From Lingula anatina (lineage: Eukaryota > Animalia > Brachiopoda): a stretch of 64,000 bases of DNA. Shown one piece after another: positions 24,501 to 39,500 of the stretch (within the stretch, counting starts at the first letter, position 1; each line of letters starts with the position of its first letter). A program made the translations under genes and the position numbers. The stretch spans positions 13,454,001 through 13,518,000 of the forward strand of contig CM120642.1 in NCBI GenBank assembly GCA_051362555.1. The letters run 5' to 3'. The notes beneath the pieces are model-generated. The model ran no database searches and had not been told where the DNA came from. It saw only the letters and a list, made by a program, of their open reading frames with translations.

Positions 24501-27500
24501 GATTTTTTCAATTTACCCATCCCCCCAACCCCAAAAAAGATAAAATTTACTAACATTAGCTTGGATCCAAGAGTGAAGTCCATGTCCGGGTGGGGTCGCT
24601 CGTCATCTTCATTGTCCTGTAAAAAGAAATGAAAAACAAGATTAGATTTATACAATTGAATCATCCCACCCCAGTGAAAAAAAAATATTTACTAACCTTA
24701 GCTTAGATCCCAGAGTGAAGTCCATGTCCATTTGGGGTTGCTCGTCATCTTCATTGTCCTGTAAAAAGAAATGAAAAATAGGATTAGATTTTTTCAATTT
24801 ACCCATCCCAGCACCCCCAAAAAATATAAAATTTACTAACCTTATCTTGGATCCAAGAGTGAAGTCCATGTCTGGGTTGGGTCGCTCATCATCTTCATTG
24901 TCCTGTAAAAAGAAATGAAAAACAAGATTAGATTTATTCAATTTACCTATCCCACCACCCCCAAAAAATCAAATTTACTAACCTTATTTTGGATCCAAGA
25001 GTGAAGTCCATGTCCGGGTGGGGTCGCTCGTCATCTTCATTGTCCTGTAAAAAGAAATGAAAAACAAGATTAGATTTATTCATTGAACCATCCCTCACCC
25101 GCAAAAAAAAAATAAAATTCACTAACCTTAGCTTGGATCCAAGAGTGAAGTCCATGTCCGGGTCGGGTCGCTCGTCATCTTCATTGTCCTGTAAAAAAAA
25201 ATGAAAAACAAAATCAGATTTATTCAATTGAACCATCCCTCCACTGCAAAAAAAATAAAATTCACTAACCTTAGCTTGGATCCAAGAGTGAAGTCCCTGT
25301 CTGGGTGGGGTCGCTCCTCATCTTCTTTGTCCTGTAAAAATAAATGAAAAACAAGATTAGATTTTTTCAATTTACCCATCCCACCACCCCAAAAAAATCA
25401 AATTTACTAACCTTAGCTTGGATCCAAGAGTGAAGTCCATGTCTAGGTTGGGTCTCTCGTCATCTTCCTTGTCCTAAAAAAGAAAAGAAAAACAAGATTA
25501 GATTTATTCAATTGAACCATCCCACCACCCCAAAGAAATACAATTTACTAACCTTAGCTTGGATCCAAGAGTGAATTCCATGTCTGGGTGGGGTCGATCG
25601 TCATCTTCTTTGTCCTGTAAAAAGAAATGAAAAACAAGATTAGATTTTTTTCAATTTACCCATCCCACCAACCCCAAAAAAGATAAAATTTACTAACCTT
25701 AGCTTGGATCCAAGAGTGAAGTCCATGTCCGGGTGGGGTCGCTCGTCATCTTCATTGTCCTGTAAAAAGAAATGAAAAACAAGATTAGATTTATTCAATT
25801 TACCTATCCCACCACCCCAAAAAAATAAAATTTACTAACCTTAGCTTGGATCCAAGAGTGAAGTCCATGTCCGGGTTGGGTCGCTCGTCATCTTCCTTGT
25901 CCTAAAAAAGAAATGAAAAACAAGATTAGATTTATTCAATTTACCCATCCCACCACCCCCAAAAAAATCAAATTTACTAACCTTATTTTGGATCCAAGAG
26001 TGAAGTCCATGTCCGGGTGGGATCGCTCATCATCTTCATTGTCCTGTAAAAAGAAATGAAAAACAAGATTAGATTTATTCATTGAACCATCCCTCACCCG
26101 CAAAAAAAAAATAAAATTCACTAACCTTAGCTTGGATCCAAGAGTGAAGTCCATGTCCGGGTCGGGTCGCTCGTCATCTTCATTGTCCTGTAAAAAGAAA
26201 TGAAAAACAAAATCAGATTTATTCAATTGAACCATCCCTCCACTGCAAAAAAAATAAAATTCACTAACTTTAGCTTGGATCCAAGAGTGAAGTCCCTGTC
26301 TGGGTGGGGTCGCTCCTCATCTTCTTTGTCCTGTAAAAATAAATGAAAAACAAGATTAGATTTTTTCAATTTACCCATCCCACCACCCCAAAGAAATACA
26401 ATTTACTAACCTTAGCTTGGATCCAAGAGTGAATTCCATGTCTGGGTGGGGTGGATCGTCATCTTCTTTGTCCTGTAAAAAGAAATGAAAAACAAGATAA
26501 GATTTTTTTCAATTTACCCATCCCACCAACCCCAAAAAAGATAAAATTTACTAACCTTAGCTTGGATCCAAGAGTGAAGTCCATGTCCGGGTGGGGTCGC
26601 TCGTCATCTTCATTGTCCTGTAAAAAGAAATGAAAAACAAGATTAGATTTATTCAATTTACCTATCCCACCACCCCAAAAAAATAAAATTTACTAACCTT
26701 AGCTTGGATCCAAGAGTGAAGTCCATGTCCGGGTTGGGTCGCTCGTCATCTTCCTTGTCCTAAAAAAGAAATGAAAAACAAGATTAGATTTATTCAATTT
26801 ACCCATCCCACCACCCCCAAAAAAATCAAATTTACTAACCTTATTTTGGATCCAAGAGTGAAGTCCATGTCCGGGTGGGATCGCTCATCATCTTCATTGT
26901 CCTGTAAAAAGAAATGAAAAACAAGATTAGATTTATTCAATTGAAATATCACACCACATCAAAGAAATAAAATTTACTAACCTTAGCTTGGATCCAAGAG
27001 TGAAGTCCATGCACGGGTGGGGTCGCTCGTCATCTTCATTGTCCTGTAAAAAGAAATGAAGAACAAGATTAGATTTATTCAATTTACCCATCCCACCACC
27101 GCAAAAAAAATAAATTTTACTAACCTTAGCTTGGATCCAAGAGTGAAGTCCATGTCCAGGTTGGGTCACTCGTCACCTTCATTGTCCTAAAAAAGAAATG
27201 AAAAACAAGATTAGATTTATTCAATTTACCCATCCAACCACCGCAAAAAAAATAAAATTTACTAACCTTATTTTGGATCCAAGAGTGAAGTCCTTGTCCG
27301 GGTGGGGTCGCTCGTCATCTTCATTGTCCTGTAAAAAGAAATGAAAAACAAGGTTAGATTTATTCAATTGAACCATCCCTCCCCCGCAATGAAATAAAAT
27401 TCACTAACCTTAGCTTGAATCCAAGAGTGAAGACCATGTCTGGGTGGGGTCGATCGTCATCTTCTTTGTCCTGTAAAAATAAATGAAAAACAAGATTAGA

Positions 27501-30500
27501 TTTATTCAATTTACCCATCCCACCACCCCAAAAAAGATAAAATTTACTAACCTTAGCTTGGATCCAAGAGTGAAGTCCATGTCCGGGTGGGGTCGCTCGT
27601 CATCTTCATTGTCCTGTAAAAAGAAATAAAAAACAAGATTCGATTTATTCAATTTACCTATCCCACCACCCCCAAAAAATAAAATTTACTAACTTTAGCT
27701 TGGATCCAAGAGTGAAGTCCATGTCCGGGTGGGGTCGCTCATCATCTTCATTGTCCTGTAAAAAGAAATGAAAAGCAAGATTAGATTTATTCAAATGAAC
27801 CATCCCTCCCCCGCAAGAAAAAATAAAATTCACATACCTTAGCTTGGATCCAAGAGTGAAGTCCATGTCCGGGTGGGGTCGCTCGTCATCTTCATTGTCC
27901 TGTAAAAAGAAATGAAAAACAAGATTAGATTTATTCAATTTACCTATCCCACCACCCCAAAAAAATAAAATTTACTAACCTTAGCTTGGATCCAAGAGTG
28001 AAGTCCATGTCCGGGTGGGGTCGCTCGTCATCTTCATTGTCCTGTAAAAAGAAATGAAAAACAAGATTAGATTTATTCAATTTACCTATCCCACCACCCC
28101 CAAAAAATAAAATTCACTAACCTTAGCTTGGATCCAAGAGTGAAGTCCATGTCCGGGTGGGGTCGCTCGTCATCTTCATTGTCCTGTAAAAAGAAATAAA
28201 AAACAAGATTAGATTTATTCAATTTACCTATCCCACCACCCCCAAAAAATAAAATTTACTAACCTTAGCTTGGATCCAAGAGTGAAGTCCATGTCCGGGT
28301 GGGGTCGCTCGTCATCTTCATTGTCCTGTTAAAAGAAATGAAAAACAAGATTAGATTTATTCAATTGAACCATCCCTCCCCCGCAAAAAAAATAAAATTC
28401 ACTAACCTTAGCTTGGATCCAAGAGTGAAGTCCATGTCCGGGTGGGGTCGCTCGTCATCTTCATGTCCTATAAAAAGAAATGAAAAACAAGATTAGATTT
28501 ATTCAATTGAACCATCCCACCACCCCAAAGAAATAAAATTTACTAACCTTAGCTTGGATCCAAGAGTGAAGACCATGTCTGGGTGGGGTCGATCGTCATC
28601 TTCTTTGTCCTGTAAAAATAAATGAAAAACAAGATTAGATTTATTCAATTTACCCATCCCACTACCCCAAAAAAGATAAAAATTTACTAACCTTAGCTTG
28701 GATCCAAGAGTGAAGTCCATGTCCGGGTGGGGTCGATCGTCATCTTCATTGTCCTGTAAAAAGAAATAAAAAACAAGATTAGATTTATTCAATTTACCTA
28801 TCCCACCACCCCCAAAAAATAAAATTCACTAACCTTAGCTTGGATCCAAGAGTGAAGTCCATGTCCGGGTGGGGTCGCTCGTCATCTTCATTGTCCTGTA
28901 AAAAGAAATAAAAAACAAGATTAGATTTATTCAATTTACCTATCCCACCACCCCCAAAAAATAAAATTCACTAACCTTAGCTTGGATCCAAGAGTGAAGT
29001 CCATGTCCGGGTGGGGTCGCTCGTCATCTTCATTGTCCTGTAAAAAGAAATAAAAAACAAGATTAGATTTATTCAATTTACCTATCCCACCACCCCCAAA
29101 AAATAAAATTTACTAACCTTAGCTTGGATCCAAGAGTGAAGTCCATGTCCGGGTGGGGTCACTCGTCATCTTCATTGTCCTGTAAAAAAAATGAAAAACA
29201 AGATTAGATTTATTCAATTGACCCATCCCACCACCCCCAAAAAATCAAATTTACTAACCTTATTTTGGATCCAAGAGTGAAGTCCATGTCCGGGTGGGGT
29301 CGCTCGTCATCTTCATTGTCCTGTAAAAAGAAATGAAAAGCAAGATTAGATTTATTCAAATGAACCATCCCTCCCCCGCAAAAAAAAAATAAAATTCACT
29401 AACCTTAGCTTGGATCCAAGAGTGAAGTCCATGTCCGGGTGGGGTCGCTCGTCATCTTCATTGTCCTGTTAAAAGAAATGAAAAACAAGATTAGATTTAT
29501 TCAATTGAACCATCCCTCCCCCGCAAAAAAAATAAAATTCACTAACCTTAGCTTGGATCCAAGAGTGAAGTCCATGTCCGGGTGGGGTCGCTCGTCATCT
29601 TCATTGTCCTGTAAAAAGAAATGAAAAGCAAGATTAGATTTATTCAAATGAACCATCCCTCCCCCGCAAAAAAAAAATAAAATTCACTAACCTTAGCTTG
29701 GATCCAAGAGTGAAGTCCATGTCCGGGTGGGGTCGCTCGTCATCTTCATTGTCCTGTTAAAAGAAATGAAAAACAAGATTAGATTTATTCAATTGAACCA
29801 TCCCTCCCCCGCAAAAAAAATAAAATTCACTAACCTTAGCTTGGATCCAAGACTGAAGTCCATGTCCGGGTGGGGTCGCTCGTCATCTTCATTGTCCTGT
29901 AAAAAGAAATAAAAAACAAGATTAGATTTATTCAATTTACCTATCCCACCACCCCCAAAAAATAAAATTTACTAACCTTAGCTTGGATCCAAGAGTGAAG
30001 TCCATGTCCGGGTGGGGTCGCTCGTCATCTTCATTGTCCTGTAAAAAAAAATGAAAAACAAGATTAGATTTATTCAATTGACCCATCCCACCACCCCCAA
30101 AAAATCAAATTTACTAACCTTATTTTGGATCCAAGAGTGAAGTCCATGTCCGGGTGGGGTCGCTCGTCATCTTCATTGTCCTGTAAAAAGAAATGAAAAG
30201 AAAGATTAGATTTATTCAAATGAACCATCCCTCCCCCGCAAAAAAAAACTAAAATTCACTAACCTTAGCTTGGATCCAAGAGTGAAGTCCATGTCCGGGT
30301 GGGGTCGCTCGTCATCTTCATTGTCCTGTTAAAAGAAATGAAAAACAAGATTAGATTTATTCAATTGAACCATCCCTCCCCCGCAAAAAAAATAAAATTC
30401 ACTAACCTTAGCTTGGATCCAAGAGTGAAGTCCATGTCCGGGTGGGGTCGCTCGTCATCTTCATGTCCTGTAAAAATAAATGAAAAACAAGATTAGATTT

Positions 30501-33500
30501 ATTCAATTTACCCATCCCACTACCCCAAAAAATAAAATTCACTAACCTTAGCTTGGATCCAAGAGTGAAGTCCATGTCCGGGTGGGGTCGCTCGTCATCT
30601 TCATTGTCCTGTTAAAAGAAATGAAAAACAAGATTAGATTTATTCAATTGAACCATCTCTCTCCCGCAAAAAAAATAAAATTCACTAACCTTAGCTTGGA
30701 TCCAAGAGTGAAGTCCATGTCCGGGTGAAGTCGCTCGTCATCTTCATGTCCTGTAAAAATAAATGAAAAACAAGATTAGATTTATTCAATTTACCCATCC
30801 CACTACCCCAAAAAAGATAAAAATTTACTAACCTTAGCTTGGATCCAAGAGTGAAGTCCATGTCCGGGTGGGGTCGCTCGTCATCTTCATTGTCCTGTAA
30901 AAAGAAATAAAAAACAAGATTAGATTTATTCAATTTACCTATCCCACCACCCCCAAAAAATAAAATTTACTAACCTTAGCTTGGATCCAAGAGTGAAGTC
31001 CATGTCCGGGTGGGGTCGCTCGTCATCTTCATTGTCCTGTAAAAAGAAATGAAAAGCAAGATTAGATTTATTCAAATGAACCATCCCTCCCCCGCAAAAA
31101 AAAATAAAATTCACTAACCTTAGCTTGGATCCAAGAGTGAAGTCCATGTCCGGGTGGGGTCGCTCGTCATCTTCATTGTCCTGTAAAAAGAAATGAAAAA
31201 CAAGATTAGATTTATTCAATTGAACCATCCCACCACCCCAAAGAAATAAAATTTACTAACCTTAGCTTGGATCCAAGAGTGAAGACCATGTCTGGGTGGG
31301 GTCGATCGTCATCTTTTTTGTCCTGTAAAAATAAATGAAAAACAAGATTAGATTTATTCAATTTACCCATCCCACCACCCCAAAAAAGATAAAATTTACT
31401 AACCTTAGCTTGGATCCAAGAGTGAAGTCCATGTCCGGGTGGGGTCGCTCGTCATCTTTATTGTCCTGTAAAAATAAATGAAAAACAAGATTAGATTTTT
31501 TTCAATTTACCCATCCCATCAACCCCAAAAAAGATAAAATTTACTAACCTTAGCTTGGATCCAAGAGTGAAGTCCATGTCCGGGTGGGGTCGCTCGTCAT
31601 CTTCATTGTCCTGTAAAAAGAAATGAAAAACAAGATTAGATTTTTTTTCAATTGAACCATCCCTCCCCCGCAAAAAAAATAAAATTCACTAACCTTAGCT
31701 TGGATCCAAGAGTGAAGTCCATGTCCGGGTGGGGTCGCTCGTCATCTTCATTGTCCTGTAAAAATAAATGAAAAACAAGATTAGATTTTTTTCAATTTAC
31801 CCATCCCATCAACCCCAAAAAAGATAAAATTTACTAACCTTAGCTTGGATCCAAGAGTGAAGTCCATGTCCGGGTGGGGTCGCTCGTCATCTTCTTTGTC
31901 CTGTAAAAATAAATGAAAAACAAGATTAGATTTTTTTCAATTTACCCATCCCATCAACCCCAAAAAAGATAAAATTTACTAACCTTAGCTTGGATCCAAG
32001 AATGAAGTCCATGTCCGTTTGGGGTCACTCGTCATCTTCATTGTCCTGTAAAAAGAAATGAAAAACAAGATTAGATTTATTCAATTTACCTATCCCACCA
32101 CCCTAAAAAAATAAAATTTACTAACCTTAGCTTGGATCCAAGAGTGAAGTCCATGTCCGTTTGGGGTCACTCGTCATCTTCATTGTCCTGTAAAAAGAAA
32201 TGAAAAACAAGATTAGATTTATTCAATTTACCTATCCCACCACCCTAAAAAAATAAAATTTACTAACCTTAGCTTGGATCCAAGAGTGAAGACCATGTCT
32301 GGGTGGGGTCGATCGTCATCTTCTTTGTCCTGTAAAAATAAATGAAAAACAAGATTAGATTTATTCAATTTACCCATCCCACCACCCCAAAAAAGATAAA
32401 AATTTACTAACCTTAGCTTGGATCCAAGAGTGAAGTCCATGTCCGGGTGGGGTCGCTCGTCATCTTCATTGTCCTGTAAAAAGAAATAAAAAACAAGATT
32501 AGATTTATTCAATTTACCTATCCCACCACCCCCAAAAAATAAAATTTACTAACCTTAGCTTGGATCCAAGAGTGAAGTCCATGTCAGGGTGGGGTCGCTG
32601 GTCATCTTCATTGTCCTGTAAAAAGAAATGAAAAGCAAGATTAGATTTATTCAAATGAACCATCCCTCCCCCGCAAAAAAAAAATAAAATTCACTAACCT
32701 TAGCTTGGATCCAAGAGTGAAGTCCATGTCCGGGTGGGGTCGCTCGTCATCTTCATTGTCCTGTAAAAAGAAATGAAAAACAAGATTAGATTTATTCAAT
32801 TGAACCATCCCACCACCCCAAAGAAATAAAATTTACTAACCTTAGCTTGGATCCAAGAGTGAACACCATGTCTGGGTGGGGTCGATCGTCATCTTCTTTG
32901 TCCTGTAAAAATAAATGAAAAACAAGATTAGATTTATTCAATTTACCCATCCCACCACCCCAAAAAAGATAAAATTTACTAACCTTAGCTTGGATCCAAG
33001 AGTGAAGTCCATGTCCGGGTGGGGTCGCTCGTCATCTTCATTGTCCTGTAAAAAGAAATAAAAAACAAGATTAGATTTATTCAATTTACCTATCCCACCA
33101 CCCCCAAAAAATAAAATTTACTAACCTTAGCTTGGATCCAAGAGTGAAGTCCATGTCCGGGTGGGGTCACTCGTCGACTTCATTGTCCTGTAAAAAGAAA
33201 TGAAAAGCAAGATTAGATTTATTCAAATGAACCATCCCTCCCCCGCAAAAAAAAATAAAATTCACTAACCTTAGCTTGGATCCAAGAGTGAAGTCCATGT
33301 CCGGGTGGGGTCGCTCGTCATCTTCATTGTCCTGTAAAAAGAAATGAAAAACAAGATTAGATTTATTCAATTGAACCATCCCACCACCCCAAAGAAATAA
33401 AATTTACTAACCTTAGCTTGGATCCAAGAGTGAAGACCATGTCTGGGTGGGGTCGATCGTCATCTTCATTGTCCTGTAAAAAGAAATGAAAAACAAGATT

Positions 33501-36500
33501 AGATTTATTCAATTGACCCATCCCACCACCCCCAAAAAATCAAATTTACTAACCTTATTTTGGATCCAAGAGTGAAGTCCATGTCCGGGTGGGGTCGCTC
33601 GTCATCTTCATTGTCCTGTAAAAAGATATGAAAAACAAGATTAGATTTTTTCAATTTACCCATCCCACCAACCCCAAAAAAGATAAAATTTACTAACATT
33701 AGCTTGGATCCAAGAGTGAAGTCCATGTCCGGGTGGGGTCGCTCGTCATCTTCTTTGTCCTGTAAAAAGAAATGAAAAACAAGATTAGATTTTTTCAATT
33801 TACCCATCCCACCAACCCCAAAAAAGATAAAATTTACTAACCTTAGCTTGGATCCAAGAGTGAAGTCCATGTCCGGGTGGGGTCGCTCGTCATCTTCATT
33901 GTCCTGTAAAAAGAAATGAAAAACAAGATTAGATTTATTCAATTGAAACATCACACCACATCAAAGAAATAAAGTTTACTAACCTTTGCTTGGATCCAAG
34001 AGTGAAGTCCATGTCCGGGTGGGGTCGCTCGTCATCTTCATTGTCCTGTAAAAAGAAATGAAAAACAAGATTAGATTTATTCAATTGAACCATCCCTCCC
34101 CCGCAAAAAAAAAATAAAATTCACTAACCTTAGCTTGGATCCAAAAGTTAAGTCCATGTGCGGGTGGGGTCACTCGTCATCTTCATTGTCCCGTAAAAAG
34201 AAATGAAAAACAAGATTAGATTTATTCAATAGAACCATCCCACCACCCCAAAGAAATAAAATTTACTAACCTTAGCTTGGATCCAAGAGTGAAGTCCATG
34301 TCCGGGTGGGGTCGCTCGTCATCTTCATTGTCCTGTAAAAAGAAATGAAAAACAAGATTAGATTTATTCAATTGAACCATCCCACCACCCCAAAGAAATA
34401 AAATTTACTAACCTTAGCTTGGATCCAAGAGTGAAGTCCATGTCCTGGTTGGGTCGCTCGTCATCTTCCTTGTCCTAAAAAAGAAATGAAAAACAAAATT
34501 AGATTTTTTCAATTTACCCATCCCACCACCCAAAAAAATAAAATTCACTAACCTTAGCTTGGATCCAAGAGTGAAGTCCATGTCCGGGTTGGGTCGCTCG
34601 TCATCTTCCTTGTCCTAAAAAAGAAATGAAAAACAAGATTAGATTTATTCAATTTACCCATCCCACCACCCCAAAAAATAAAATTCACTAACCTTAGCTT
34701 GGATCCAAGAGTGAAGTCCATGTCTGGGTGGGGTCGCTCGTCATCTTCATTGTACTGTAAAAAGAAATGAAAAACAAGATTAGATTTATTCAATTGAACC
34801 ATCCCACCACCCCAAAGAAATAAAATTTACTAACCTTAGCTTGGATCCAAGAGTGAAGTCCATGTCTGGGTTGGGTTGCTCGTCATCTTCTTTGTCCTAA
34901 AAAAGAAATGAAAAACAAGATTAGATTTATTCAATTTACCCATCTCACCACCCCAAAAAAATTAAATTTACTAACCTTAGCTTGGATCCAAGAGTGAAGT
35001 CCATGTCCGGGTGGGGTAGCTCGTCATCTTCATTGTCCTGTAAAAAGAAATGAAAAACAAGATTGAAGATCCAAGAGTGAAGTCCATGTCCGGGTGGGGT
35101 CGCTCGTCATCTTCATTGTCCTGTAAAAAGAAATGAAAAACAAGATTAGATTTATTCAATTGAACCATCCCTCCCCCGCAAAAAAAAATAAAATTCACTA
35201 ACCTTAGCTTGGATCCAAAAGTGAAGTCCATGTGCGGGTGGGGTCACTCGTCATCTTCATTGTCCCGTAAAAAGAAATGAAAAACAAGATTAGATTTATT
35301 CAATAGAACCATCCCACCACCCCAAAGAAATAAAATTTACTAACCTTAGCTTGGATCCAAGATTGAAGTCCATGTCTGGGTGGGGTCGATCGTCATCTTC
35401 ATTGTCCTGTAAAAAGAAATGAAAAGCAAGATTAGATTTATTCAAATGAACCATCCCTCCCCCGCAAAAAAAATAAAATTTACTAACCTTAGCTTGGATC
35501 CAAGAGTGAAGTCCATGTCCGGGTGGGGTCGCTCGTCATCTTCCTTGTCCTTAAAAAGAAATGAAAAACAAAATTAGATTTTTTCAATTTACCCATCCCA
35601 CCACCCAAAAAAATAAAATTCACTAACCTTAGCTTGGATCCAAGAGTGAAGTCCATGTCCGGGTGGGGTCGCTCGTCATCTTCATTGTACTGTAAAAAGA
35701 AATGAAAAACAAGATTAGATTTATTCAATTGAACCATCCCACCACCCAAAGAAATAAAATTTACTAACCTTAGCTTGGATCCAAGTTTGAAGTCCATGTC
35801 TGGGTGGGGTCGATCGTCATCTTCTTTGTCCTGTAAAAAGAAATGAAAAACAAGATTAGATTTATTCAATTGAACCATCCCACCACCCCAAAGAAATAAA
35901 ATTTACTAACCTTAGCTTGGATCCAAGAGTGAAGTCTATGTCCGGGTTGGGTCACTCGTCATCTTCCATGTCTTAAAAAAGAAATGAAAAACAAGATTAG
36001 ATTTATTCAATTGACCCATCCCACCACCCCAAAAAAATCAAATTTACTAACCTTGTTTTGGATCCAAGAGTGAAATCCATGTCCGGGTGGGGTCGCTCGT
36101 CATCTTCATTGTCCTGTAAAAAGAAATGAAAAGCAAGATTAGATTTATTCAAATGAACCATCCCTCCCCTGCAAAAAAAATAAAATTTACTAACCTTAGC
36201 TTGGATCCAAGAGTGAAGTCCATGTCCGGGTGGGGTCGCTCGTCATCTTCATTGTCCTGTAAAAAGAAATGAAAAACAAGATTAGATTTATTCAATTGAA
36301 CCATCCCACCACCCCAAAGAAATAAAATTTACTAACCTTAGCTTGGATCCAAGAGTGAAGTCCATGTCCGGGTTGGGTCGCTCGTCATCTTCCTTGTCCT
36401 AAAAAAAAAAATGAAAAACAAGATTAGATTTTTTCAATTTACCCATCCCACCACCCAAAAAAATAAAATTCACTAACCTTAGCTTGGATCCAAGAGTGAA

Positions 36501-39500
36501 GTCCATGTCCGGGTGGGGTCGCTCGTCATCTTCATTGTACTGTAAAAAGAAATGAAAAACAAGATTAGATTTATTCAATTTACCCATCTCACCACCCCAA
36601 AAAAATTAAATTTACTAACCTTAGCTTGGATCCAAGAGTGAAGTCCATGTCCGGGTGGGGTCGCTCGTCATCTTCATTGTCCTGTAAAAAGAAATGAAAA
36701 ACAAGATTAGATTTATTCAATTGAACCATCCCACCACCCCAAAGAAATAAAATTTACTAACCTTAGCTTGGATACAAGAGTGAAGTCCATGTCTGGGTGG
36801 GGTCGATCGTCATCTTCTTTGTCCTGTAAAAAGAAATGAAAAACAAGATTAGATTTATTCAATTTACCCATCCCACCACACCCAAAAAAATGAAATTTAC
36901 TAACCTTATTTTGGATCCAAGAGTGAAGTCCATGTCCGGGTGGGATAGTCTCATCATCTTCATTGTCCTGTAAAAAGAAATGAAAAACAAGATTAGATTT
37001 ATTGAATTGAAACATCTCACCACATCAAAGAAATAAACTTTACTAACCTTTGCTTGGATCCAAGAGTGAAGTCCATGTCCGGTTGGGGTCGCTCGTCATC
37101 TTCATTGTCCTGTAAAAAGAAATGAAAAACAAGATTAGATTTATTCAATTGAACCATCCCACCACCCCAAAGAAATAAAATTTACTAACCTTAGCTTGGA
37201 TCCAAGATTGAAGTCCATGTCTGGGTGGGGTCGATCGTCATCTTCTTTGTCCTGTAAAAAGAAATGAAAAACAAGATTAGATTTATTCAATTGAACCATC
37301 CCACCACCCCAAAGAAATAAAATTTACTAACCTTAGCTTGGATCCAAGAGTGAAGTCCATGTCCGGGTTGGGTCGCTCGTCATCTTCCATGTCCTAAAAA
37401 AGAAATGAAAAACAAGATTAGATTTATTCAATTGACCCATCCCACCACCCCAAAAAAATCAAATTTACTAACCTTATTTTGGATCCAAGAGTGAAATCCA
37501 TGTCCGGGTGGGGTCGCTCGTCATCTTCATTGTCCTGTAAAAAGAAATGAAAAGCAAGATTAGATTTATTCAAATGAACCATCCCTCCCCCGCAAAAAAA
37601 ATAAAATTTACTAACCTTAGCTTGGATCCAAGAGTGAAGTCCATGTCCGGGTGGGGTCGCTCGTCATCTTCATTGTCCTGTAAAAAGAAATGAAAAACAA
37701 GATTAGATTTATTCAATTGAACCATCCCACCACCCCAAAGAAATAAAATTTACTAACCTTAGCTTGGATCCAAGAGTGAAGTCCATGTCCGGGTTGGGTC
37801 GCTCGTCATCTTCCTTCTCCTAAAAAAGAAATGAAAAACAAGATTAGATTTTTTCAATTTACCCATCCCACCACCCAAAAAAATAAAATTCACTAACATT
37901 ATTTTGGATCCAAGAGTGAAGTCCATGTCCGGGTGGGGTCGCTCGTCATCTTCATTGTCCCGTAAAAAGAAATGAAAAACAAGATTAGATTTATTCAATT
38001 GAACCATCCCTCCCCCGCAAAAAAAAAAAAAAAAAAAAAAAAATTCACTAACTTTAGCTTGGATCCAAGAGTGAAGTCCATGTCCGGGTGGGGTCGCTCT
38101 TCATTTTCATTGTCATGTAAAAAGAAATGAAAAACAAGATTAGATTTATTCAATTTATCCATCCCACCACCCCAAAAAAAATAAAATTTACTAACCTTAG
38201 CTTGGATCCAAGAGTGAAGTCCATGTCCAGGTTGGGTCTCTCGTCATCTTCATTGTCCTGTAAAAAGAAATGAAAAACAAGATTAGATTTATTCAATTGA
38301 CCCATCCCACCACCCCAAAAAAATCAAATTTACTAACCTTATTTTGGATCCAAGAGTGAAGTCCATGTCCGGGTGGTGTCGCTCATCATCTTCATTGTCC
38401 TGTAAAAAGAAATGAAAAGCAAGATTAGATTTATTCAAATGAACCATCCCTCCCCCGCAAAAAAAAAATAAAATTCACTAACCTTAGCTTGGATCCAAGA
38501 GTGAAGTCCATGTCCGGGTGGGGTCGCTCGTCATCTTCATTGTCCTGTAAAAAGAAATAAAAAACAAGATTAGATTTATTCAATTCACCTATCCCACCAC
38601 CCCCAAAAAATAAAATTTACTAACCTTAGCTTGGATCCAAGAGTGAAGTCCATGTCCGGGTGGGGTCACTCGTCATCTTCATTGTCCTGTAAAAAGAAAT
38701 GAAAAACAAGATTAGATTTATTCAATTGACCCATCCCACCACCCCCAAAAAATCAAATTCACTAACCTTAGCTTGGATCCAAGAGTGAAGTCCATGTCCG
38801 GGTGGGGTCGCTCGTCATCTTCATTGTCCTGTAAAAAGATATGAAAAACAAGATTAGATTATTCAATTGAACCATCCCACCACCCCAAAGAAATAAAATT
38901 TACTAACCTTAGCTTGGATCCAAGAGTAAAGTCCATGTCCGGGTGGGGTCGCACGTCATCTTCTTTGTCCTGTAAAAAGAAATGAAAAACAAGATTAGAT
39001 TTATTCAATTGAACCATCCCTCCCCCGCAAAAAAAAATAAAATTTACTAACCTTAGCTTGGATCCAAGAGTGAAGTCCATGTCCGGGTGGGGTCGCTCGT
39101 CATCTTCACTGTCCTGTAAAAAGATATGAAAAACAAGATTAGATTTATTCAACTAAACCATCCCACCACCCCAAAGAAATAAAATTTACTAACCTTAGCT
39201 TGGATCCAAGAGTGAAGTCCATGTCTGGGTGGGGTCGCTCCTCATCTTCATTATCCTGTAAAAAGAAATGAAAAACAAGATTAGCTTTATTCAATTTACC
39301 CATCCCACCACCCCAAAAAAATAAAATTTACTAACCTTAGCTTGGACCCAAGAGTGAAGTCCATGTCCGGGTGGGGTCGCATGTCATCTTCTTTGTCCTG
39401 TAAAAAGAAATGAAAAACAAGATTAGATTTATTCAATTGAATCATCCCTCCCCCGCAAAAAAAATAAAATTCACTAACCTTAGCTTGGATCCAAGAGTGA

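Noticed and set aside
38018-38043. Long poly-A within one monomer as a retro-insertion tail
   Set aside because: It is a slippage expansion of the monomer's normal A-tract, with no inserted sequence or TSD.
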